Positions 56,672 through 64,000 of a stretch of DNA of 64,000 nt are shown here, in pieces. Location of the stretch: the NCBI GenBank assembly GCA_963746775.1, contig CAVVCK010000001.1:19050-83049 (forward strand), written 5' to 3'. This DNA comes from an uncultured bacterium (lineage in GTDB: Bacteria; Patescibacteriota; JABMPQ01; CAVVCK01). Under the pieces are notes generated by a model, which did not search any database, had not been told where the DNA came from, and saw only the letters and a list, made by a program, of their open reading frames with translations. The position numbers and the translations under genes were made by a program. Position 1 is the stretch's first letter. The number at the start of each line of letters is the position of its first letter.

Positions 56672-57211
56672 TTATTTATTATTGGGCAATACCTTCCCCT
56701 TAAAAATTAACCAATTTCCTTTCTTTGGATCTGATTCACCTTCTTCTTTTTCCCAACTAAATATGTTACCGCCCACACCAATAGCCCAGTCCTTCAATGA
56801 CTTATGCTGAGTTTCTAAAAGTAAAGTAGATATTTTTTTATTGACACATGAATAATTTTCTAATATTTTTTTTGTAGCTTCAAATAGGAGTGTTGTTTGC
56901 TTTTCTTTTCTTCTCTTATCTCCACTTGAACCAACGTCTATGTCGGTTATATAAACACCGAAAACATCTTTTCCAAGCTCTCTGGTCAACTTAATTCTTC
57001 TATTGCCATACTCCAAATTATAATGTATTTTTCCTCTTTTCCCCTCCTCTAAATATTTTTGCTCTAATTTATGTAGCTCATCAAAACTTTCAGGATATTC
57101 ATAACTTTCTTCCAACGAAACATCTAATCTAACATTTTTATATATTCCATTAATAATTTCTTCTTCTAATCCTCTCTCTGAATTTTCTAAATATCTATAA
57201 TTCTCGACCAT
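56672..57211 (-). CDS. Hypothetical protein (179 aa)
   Basis: ORF only, with no confident domain. Abuts tRNA-Gln. Confidence 0.3.
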   Translation of the reverse strand: MVENYRYLENSERGLEEEIINGIYKNVRLDVSLEESYEYPESFDELHKLEQKYLEEGKRGKIHYNLEYGNRRIKLTRELGKDVFGVYITDIDVGSSGDKRRKEKQTTLLFEATKKILENYSCVNKKISTLLLETQHKSLKDWAIGVGGNIFSWEKEEGESDPKKGNWLIFKGKVLPNNK

Positions 57212-57224
57212 AATTAATAAATTA

Positions 57225-58142
57225 TTAAACTTTCAAATACTTTCTTATAGCAACATAGGTAGATATTATACTAAGTAATATGCCTAAACCTAATTGTAAT
57301 AAAATCAAATACCATAATCTCTCGTTAGTAAAAGATACTATATCTAATTGGTCATTTCCAATAAATTCAATTATATAAGGAGAAATGTATCTTAACAAAA
57401 AATATAACACTATGCTAGATAAAATACTGGCTATTAGGGCATAAATAATGCCTTCAATAAAAAATGGTACCCTAATAAATAAATTTTTTGCTCCAATAAG
57501 ACGCATTACTTTTATTTCATCTTTCTGTGCATATATGGCTAACCTAATAGTATTAAACATAAAAATAACAGTAATAAAGCTAAATATAATACCAGCTATC
57601 ACTCCTGCTTTTTCAACAAATTTAGTAGTGTTATTGATCTTATTAATAACGTTCTCATTATCATCAAAAGTAATTTTATCTACAATATTTGCATATTTAT
57701 CTCCTTTTAAATAACCAGAAATAATTGAGTAGTCCTCTGGATATCGAGCTTTAATAGTAAAAGAAGCTTGAAGCGGATTCTTATCTAGTTCTTCAATTGA
57801 TGAAATTATTAAAGAATTATCCTGATGCTTTTCTTTAAACAAATCCAGGGCTTCTTCTTTAGAAATATATTCAATAGATCTAACCTCAGGCATTACCTCT
57901 AGGTTATTTTTTATTTCACTTATTTCATTCTCCTTAATCTCAGGATTTAAATAAACACTAATATCAACTCTCTCTTTTACAGAAATTAGAGCAGATTCAC
58001 CAATCATACTTAAAATTATTAGGCTGCTAACAGTAAATAAAGCTAAAAACATAACTAAGGTAGTAGCTAGAGATAACCAAATATTTCTATAAAAATTTTT
58101 CAGACCAAATTTTAAAACTCTAAACAATGATACTAATTTCAT
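57225..58142 (-). CDS. ftsX: Cell-division ABC transporter permease FtsX
   Basis: Four-TM FtsX topology with a large extracytoplasmic loop. Directly downstream of ftsE. Confidence 0.8.
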   Translation of the reverse strand: MKLVSLFRVLKFGLKNFYRNIWLSLATTLVMFLALFTVSSLIILSMIGESALISVKERVDISVYLNPEIKENEISEIKNNLEVMPEVRSIEYISKEEALDLFKEKHQDNSLIISSIEELDKNPLQASFTIKARYPEDYSIISGYLKGDKYANIVDKITFDDNENVINKINNTTKFVEKAGVIAGIIFSFITVIFMFNTIRLAIYAQKDEIKVMRLIGAKNLFIRVPFFIEGIIYALIASILSSIVLYFLLRYISPYIIEFIGNDQLDIVSFTNERLWYLILLQLGLGILLSIISTYVAIRKYLKV

Positions 58143-58240
58143 TATGTGTGATGCTAATATACTAATGCATACGAATTATACGAATAAATTTATTAGTATT
58201 ATTAGTATCAATTCGTATATTGGCATCGAAATATTCGTAT

Positions 58241-58936
58241 TTATAACATATAGTCTCCCTTTACCCTGTCTCTTAATATTTTTCCTTCTTCTAGGGTAAT
58301 AACCCTTTTTTGTAATCTATTTACTATATCCCTATCGTGTGTTGATAAAAAAATAGTCGTTCCTAATTTATTTATTTTTAATAAAATTTCCATAATTTCC
58401 CAAGAATAAATAGCATCTAGCTCTCCTGTTAACTCATCAGCTATTAATATTTCCGGATGATGAATAAAAGCGCGGGCAATAGCTACTCTCTGCTGCTCTC
58501 CACCTGATAATTCATATGGAAAAGCCTTTTCCTTGCCAGATAAACCCACTAGACTTAAAACTTCTGGTACAACTTTTTTTATTAAACTATTTTTTTCTTC
58601 ACAAACCATCATAGCAAAAGCTACATTTTCATAAATTGTTTTTTTGTTGAGCAATTTAAAGTCCTGAAAAACAACCCCAATTTGCCTCCTAAATTCAGAT
58701 ATTTTTCTTTTTCTAATTTTTTTTAAATCCCACCCTAAGACATTAATTTCTCCCCTAGTTGGCCGCACTTCTGCTATTAATAATTTTACCAAAGTAGTTT
58801 TCCCTGTGCCAGATCTGCCAACAATTGAAACAAATTCCCCTTTCTTAATTTCTATATTTATATCTTGTAAAGCTAAAATATCCTCCGAATAAGCCTTACT
58901 AATATTTTTTAATTCTATAACATTTTCCTCACTCAT
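58241..58936 (-). CDS. ftsE: Cell-division ABC transporter ATPase FtsE
   Basis: Walker A GRSGTGKTT. ABC signature LSGGEQQRVAIARA. Walker B ILIADE. Confidence 0.85.
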   Translation of the reverse strand: MSEENVIELKNISKAYSEDILALQDINIEIKKGEFVSIVGRSGTGKTTLVKLLIAEVRPTRGEINVLGWDLKKIRKRKISEFRRQIGVVFQDFKLLNKKTIYENVAFAMMVCEEKNSLIKKVVPEVLSLVGLSGKEKAFPYELSGGEQQRVAIARAFIHHPEILIADELTGELDAIYSWEIMEILLKINKLGTTIFLSTHDRDIVNRLQKRVITLEEGKILRDRVKGDYML

Positions 58937-60028
58937 TTATTTTTAGTTTTTAAATATGATTCAATAAATTTTTGTATATTGCCATCTAAAACTTCTTCAG
59001 CATTTTTAACTTCCATTTTAGTTCGATGATCTTTAACCATTTTATAAGGATGTAATACATAAGATCTAATTTGATTACCCCAACTAGCGTCAACATGCTT
59101 ACCTCGTGCTTCTAATTTTTCTTTTTCCGATTTATCAATTAAATTTTTATATAATTTTGATTTTAAAATTTTCATAGCAGTTTCCTTGTTTTGTGCTTGT
59201 GACCTCTCTGTTTGACAGGTAACTACTATATTTTGAGGCAAATAAGTAATCCTGACTGCCGATGATGTTTTGTTAACACTCTGCCCCCCTGCACCCGATG
59301 ATCTAAAAGTATCAATTTTTAAATCTTCCGATTTTAGCACAATTTCTTTATCATCCTCAATAACCGGAAAAACCTCTACTAAAGCAAAGGAAGTGTGTCT
59401 AGCATGATCAGCATCGAAGGGAGATTGGCGAACAAGACGATGCGTGCCTCCTTCTGCCTTTAAATAGCCATAAACATATTTACCCGTAACTTCTATAGTT
59501 ACGCTCTTGATCCCAGCTTCATTACCCATTATTTTATCACTAATCCTAGCCTTCCATTTTCTACTTTCAATATAGCGCAAATACATGCGCATTAGCATTT
59601 CTGCCCAATCTTGCGCATCTACACCACCAGATCCTGCATGAATTATTAAAATAGCATCACCTCTATCATATCTTTTATCCATTATAAACTCCAGTTCTGC
59701 CTGAACAAATACTTTATTCAACTTTTTGTATCTTTCTTCTACTTCCTTAAGTATGCCATTGTCTTCTTCTAATTCTGCCATTTCAGCAAGTTCCAGAAGA
59801 TCATCTTTTTCTTTATTAATATTCTGCCAAAATTCTATTTCTTTCTCTAAATCACCCAATTCTTGAGATATTCTATGTGCTTCCTTAACATCATCCCAAA
59901 AACCAGGTTTTAATATTTTTTCTTTTAATTTTTCGATTTGATCTTTTTTTTCATCTAAATCAAAGACAGTCCATTAATTTTTGAACCTTATCTCTAAAAA
60001 TCTTTAATTGTTGAATCAAGTTCTCCAT
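58933..60028 (-). CDS. prfB: Peptide chain release factor 2 with programmed +1 frameshift
   Basis: The protein has the SPF tripeptide (RQSPFD) and the GGQ motif. Upstream ORF0 is MENLIQQLKIFRDKVQKLMDCL, ending in CTT TGA (stop codon at 59960-59962). The +1 frame then reads DLDEKKDQIEKL... and joins the main ORF. Confidence 0.8.
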
Positions 60029-60051
60029 ACCTATAATATTACATTAAAAAT

Positions 60052-60909
60052 TTATCTTTGACAAACGGGACAATAATGCGTTCCACGACCGCAAATTTTA
60101 ATTCTCTTTATTTTCCCTCCACATTTGAAACATTTCTCACCTTCTCTTTGATATACTTTTAATAATTTCGTAAAATTACCCCTATTTCCGCTACCATCAA
60201 CATAATTACTAAAAGTAGTACCTCTATACGTTATAGCTTTCTTTAATATTTTGTTTATTGCTAAATAAATTTTTTCTTTTTCTAGTCTTGATAATGAAAT
60301 AATATTCCTAGTAGGTTTTATTTTGGCATTAAATAATATTTCATCAGCATAAATATTACCAATACCAGCAATATATTTTTGATTAAGTAGAAATGCTTTA
60401 ATATTGGTTTTCTTGTTCTTAATGGTTTCCAAAAAATCACTTTTTATAAATTTACTATTTATAGGATCTAGGCCAAAATTAGATTTTATTTCTTTTAATT
60501 CATTTTTATTAACTATCTTCATATAACCAAATTGCCTGATATCATTATAGAAAAGCTTTGACTTGTCTTGAAAAGTAAAAATAATATGGCTGAATTTATT
60601 GGGTAACTTATCTATCTTTGGATAATTATGGCCCCCTGAAATAATATTCTTCCCAGATATATAAATAAGCTGACCAGTCATTTTTAAATGTACTAGTAAA
60701 AATTTATCCGTTTTATTTAAAACAAAAATCATTAATTTACCAATTCTATCTATTTTTTTAAAATAGCTGCCCTCTAAACTATTCTTAAAATTTATAAGAC
60801 TGCTTTTTACTATTTTAGGTTTAGAGATTTTAATGCTTACTATTTTTTTATTTAAAATACTTTTACTTAAATCATTTCTAATTGTTTCTACTTCTGGTAA
60901 TTCTGGCAT
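60052..60909 (-). CDS. fpg: Formamidopyrimidine-DNA glycosylase (Fpg/Nei family)
   Basis: N-terminus MPELPEVE (catalytic Pro2/Glu3). H2TH domain. C-terminal zinc finger CFKCGGKIKRIKICGRGTHYCPVC. Confidence 0.8.
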   Translation of the reverse strand: MPELPEVETIRNDLSKSILNKKIVSIKISKPKIVKSSLINFKNSLEGSYFKKIDRIGKLMIFVLNKTDKFLLVHLKMTGQLIYISGKNIISGGHNYPKIDKLPNKFSHIIFTFQDKSKLFYNDIRQFGYMKIVNKNELKEIKSNFGLDPINSKFIKSDFLETIKNKKTNIKAFLLNQKYIAGIGNIYADEILFNAKIKPTRNIISLSRLEKEKIYLAINKILKKAITYRGTTFSNYVDGSGNRGNFTKLLKVYQREGEKCFKCGGKIKRIKICGRGTHYCPVCQR

Positions 60910-60914
60910 AAATT

Positions 60915-62102
60915 TTATTTTAATATCCTACAATAATAAGTACTGCTACCATATTTATTTTCTACATTTTCAATCTCTGTTTTTACAACCCTAGATTCAA
61001 TCCCAGCATCTAAAACCAAATTTGGCTTATCTATAAATAAAGAAACGTGGCTGATATTACTGTTATTTTCATAAAAAACTATATCGCCTATTTGTAAATC
61101 ATCGTTAAAAATTAAATCTTTATTTTTACAATAATTATATAAATTCTCCGTTCGGTCACTAAATAAATAATCCTTATTAGGTGTTCCTATGTAATTATTG
61201 GGTTCTTTTTTAAAATCTTCTCCTATTTCATTTTTCAAAAATATTCCCGCATAATCATAAGATTTATAAATAACATCAATATTGCTTAAAAAACCAAATC
61301 GTGAAAAAAGTCCATATAAACCTTCCTCTGTACTGTCATAATAAACTCCCCTCATCTTTTCTGCTGTTTCTATTAAATCACTAAGATTACTCTTCTCATT
61401 ATTATTAGCATCTACATCTTCTAAATTTATTATATTATCCCCATCTATATCTAAATCCTTCATATTCATAATCCCGTCTGAATCCAAATCACCATAATAA
61501 ACATTGGAATTTATAGAAAACATGTGCTGATTTATATAAAATAATATGGATATTAAAATAACAGTAAAAAGTGAAGTAGCTATTATAATGCTTGTTTTTA
61601 ATTTTTTAAATTTTATAAAAAACAATAAGTTTAAAAATACTACTAATATCGAAATTTCAATAGAATAATTAATAGCAAAAAAATTCTCTCCGTAAAAGCC
61701 CTCGCTCAACGAAGAAAAACTTAAAAGTCCATAAGGCAGCTTATCAAAAGGATAAAGCCAAGCCACACCAGATCCTATTGAATCTAATAATAGGTGGGAA
61801 AAAGAAGAAATCAATATTATAAATGAAATAAATTTTACAATTCTCTTTTTTGTAAAATAACCAACTAAAAATACGATTAGAGAAATAGCCAGATATAAAA
61901 TAGGTGTATGAGTAATTAATGCCCGATGAGTTTCTGAAGCTGATATAAAATAATAATAAAACAAATCCAAATCAGGAAAAATTGCAAAAATAATTCCAAA
62001 TAAAAAAATCCAAAACGTTTGCTTTTTGGTAAATTTAATTTTAGAAATTTTTGAAGAAAAATAAGTAATAATATATCCAGCTGGTGCGTGAGAAAAAATC
62101 AT
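60915..62102 (-). CDS. Membrane protein: DUF457/YdjM-like metal-dependent hydrolase domain, then dockerin-like Ca-binding repeats, then a C-terminal papain-like (DUF1287-like) domain
   Basis: N-terminus MIFSHAPAGY plus about 6 TM helices. Repeats DLDSDGIMNMKD and DIDGDNIINLED. C-terminal ...GDIVFYENNSNISHVSLFID. Confidence 0.35.
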   Translation of the reverse strand: MIFSHAPAGYIITYFSSKISKIKFTKKQTFWIFLFGIIFAIFPDLDLFYYYFISASETHRALITHTPILYLAISLIVFLVGYFTKKRIVKFISFIILISSFSHLLLDSIGSGVAWLYPFDKLPYGLLSFSSLSEGFYGENFFAINYSIEISILVVFLNLLFFIKFKKLKTSIIIATSLFTVILISILFYINQHMFSINSNVYYGDLDSDGIMNMKDLDIDGDNIINLEDVDANNNEKSNLSDLIETAEKMRGVYYDSTEEGLYGLFSRFGFLSNIDVIYKSYDYAGIFLKNEIGEDFKKEPNNYIGTPNKDYLFSDRTENLYNYCKNKDLIFNDDLQIGDIVFYENNSNISHVSLFIDKPNLVLDAGIESRVVKTEIENVENKYGSSTYYCRILK

Positions 62103-63193
62103 TATTTAAAATGTTTACTTAAACGAGGCCCTCTTTGCGTATGATAATGAGAACCAAGACTACCAACACCATATACTAATTCCGGATATTCTACTAATGA
62201 TTCGTAAACCACCTTACAGATAGGCTGTCCATCGCGTAAAACAAAATCATTGTCATTAGTAAAAACTTCTAAAACTAATGGTGTTCCTTTTACTTCACCG
62301 TTTTTTCCATATCCCCAGCCCGGATCAATAAAACCAGCATAATGAGATCTATATTCACCTTTGGAAGTATCATAAGCAATCATTTCCATGGCATATTCAC
62401 AAGGTACTCGAACATATTCTTTGGTGGATAAAATATAAAAATGATCTTTCTTTAAAACTACAGTTCCATCTTTTGGCCTTATTATAGATTCAAAAAAGTC
62501 TAAAGGATCATGAGAAAATTCATTAAAATCCAATACTTTTTCAGCTTGAGGTATACATTTATATCCCACAATATCTTGATCTAAATCAACAGTCATCGTC
62601 AAACCTCCGCCGCTGTCAAACTCAATTTCACTACAATCTATTGGTTTGCCTTGGCTATTATATAACAGATTATATTTTCTATATAAAGCCCCATGCTCCT
62701 TTTCTGTAAGTCTGGCATCAATATCAAAAAACATCATTTGATTTAGGGCATTGCCTGGTTTTAATTTTACGGCAAAAGATTTAGGACTGACTAAAGCCCA
62801 CAAATCACCTTTATATCCACGAGGTATCTTATCAAATTTCGAAACACCGTCCGCTAAGATTCTTACTTGCAAGTTTATTCTGCCCGTTGAGCTCTTATTA
62901 TTTGTTAGAGCAAATATTTGGCTGGAAAGATTTAGCGATTCGTTAAGTTTAATCATATAAACTCCTTCACATTCCAGAGGTTTATTAAGATCAGTTTTAT
63001 ACAGAGAACCAGTTTTAATAATATCAATTACTTTTTCATGCTTTCTAGGTAAAAATATTCCTTTCATCTTATAAATCTCATCAGAAATCGACAAATCTAA
63101 TGAGGCAGGCTGTAAATTTTTTTCATCTGCTCCTAATATCAATTTCTCTTCAATTAATTTTTTAATAGCTTGAGAAGGATAAGCACCTAACAT
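62102..63193 (-). CDS. dCTP deaminase-like protein (long-form DCD family)
   Basis: The dUTPase/dCTP-deaminase-type motif QPASLDLSI is present. The beta-rich fold and the length, 363 aa, match the long DCD family. Confidence 0.5.
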   Translation of the reverse strand: MLGAYPSQAIKKLIEEKLILGADEKNLQPASLDLSISDEIYKMKGIFLPRKHEKVIDIIKTGSLYKTDLNKPLECEGVYMIKLNESLNLSSQIFALTNNKSSTGRINLQVRILADGVSKFDKIPRGYKGDLWALVSPKSFAVKLKPGNALNQMMFFDIDARLTEKEHGALYRKYNLLYNSQGKPIDCSEIEFDSGGGLTMTVDLDQDIVGYKCIPQAEKVLDFNEFSHDPLDFFESIIRPKDGTVVLKKDHFYILSTKEYVRVPCEYAMEMIAYDTSKGEYRSHYAGFIDPGWGYGKNGEVKGTPLVLEVFTNDNDFVLRDGQPICKVVYESLVEYPELVYGVGSLGSHYHTQRGPRLSKHFK

Positions 63194-63194
63194 T

Positions 63195-63812
63195 TTAATT
63201 TTTTATTTTTATAATTTTTTTACTAACTACTGCGACTTTACTTAACTTTAAAATAATAGCCAAACTAAGGCTTGCTACTAATATAATAGTTAAATTTGCA
63301 AAAAGATTCATTTTAAAAAAAGGTAAACCCATAATATAGCATTGTATCAATCCAGATAAAGTATGAGGATACATATCCCAGCCAAGCCAAACACCAAAAT
63401 TAGTCCAAATAAAAAAAACTATTGATGATACAATTCCCATACCTGTCATTTTTAATCCAAAAGATAAACTATCTTTTTTACTTTTTCTTAATACTAAACC
63501 AAGCAAACCAATAATCGCCCAAGCAGACCAAGTGTAAAATAGAATTGAAGTATTACCAATATACATGTCAGATATAGCAACTACGGATAAGGGTACAATT
63601 AATGCATACGAAAACCCCAAGAACGATCCAGCTAAAAGAGAAACTAAGGTTATTAGTTCCACATTATACAATCCTGGGAAAAAATGAATTCTAATTATAC
63701 GCCCTCCTACTCCTAAAGTTATTAGTAGTAAAGCTATAACTAACTTCTTTTTATTAATTTTTTTTAAATTTTCTAAAAAATTCATATTATTTAAATTATT
63801 CCTAAACACCAA
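63195..63812 (-). CDS. Hypothetical membrane protein (possibly an ECF-type S component)
   Basis: About 6 TM helices. No confident family assignment. Confidence 0.3.
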   Translation of the reverse strand: MVFRNNLNNMNFLENLKKINKKKLVIALLLITLGVGGRIIRIHFFPGLYNVELITLVSLLAGSFLGFSYALIVPLSVVAISDMYIGNTSILFYTWSAWAIIGLLGLVLRKSKKDSLSFGLKMTGMGIVSSIVFFIWTNFGVWLGWDMYPHTLSGLIQCYIMGLPFFKMNLFANLTIILVASLSLAIILKLSKVAVVSKKIIKIKN

Positions 63813-64000
63813 ATTGTAACTGATATCCGAAACCCTGTAGGATTCCGGATACCTTTTATTCTAAATTTTTCTTAACCTATTCAAATCTGCTTGTATCCTT
63901 ACATGGTACTCGCTTCATACTTAAATTCTACCTTCATACCTTCAGTTAGTATTTGTTTATCCGCTGCAACTGGAGAAGTTGTACCATCAATATAATACAT

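Noticed and set aside
63821-63852. Hairpin tatccg-N16-cggata as a terminator
   Set aside because: It is not followed by a T-run on either strand, and its position, upstream of a minus-strand gene start, does not fit a terminator. The element is left unannotated.

Overview
This window is AT-rich bacterial chromosome, about 30% GC by eye. Its gene content and style (K/N-rich proteins, several aminoacyl-tRNA synthetases, compact overlapping operons) suggest a small-genome lineage, possibly CPR/Patescibacteria; that placement is an inference. The first 38 kb and the last 10 kb are mostly housekeeping. On the plus strand are an LCP-family fragment, der, pth, mfd, dprA, topA and rel. Then come parB and parA on the minus strand, a plus-strand tRNA-Leu with a consensus promoter, and a long minus-strand operon (glyA, tsaC, a sugar-1-phosphate nucleotidyltransferase, leuS, tatD, a DUF498 protein, metG, a Nudix hydrolase, rsmI). 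Further minus-strand genes are an AI-2E transporter, an M16 peptidase, glyQS, tgt, recO, ileS, a glycerate kinase, three GT4 glycosyltransferases, a radical-SAM protein, a Wzz-like protein and htrA. The right end carries two tRNA-Gln genes, ftsXE, prfB with its programmed +1 frameshift, fpg and a dcd-like gene. The unusual part is 38.7-48.7 kb, which sits inside a cell-surface polysaccharide locus. It holds two different REP/RAYT systems: IS200-like HuH tyrosine transposases, each with its own family of short palindromic repeats. Interleaved with them are five GC-rich (about 50-65% GC) minus-strand genes for secreted lipoproteins or membrane proteins. Three of these genes sit behind nearly identical AT-rich consensus sigma70 promoters, and most have a conserved 5'-UTR hairpin. 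Two are clear paralogs: they share the same leader and the same 6-Cys C-terminal domain around a variable poly-Asp/Ser repeat. This looks like a cassette-like family of variable or foreign surface proteins. LeuRS also carries two inserted enzyme domains, an alpha/beta serine hydrolase and a Nudix, flanking its editing domain.
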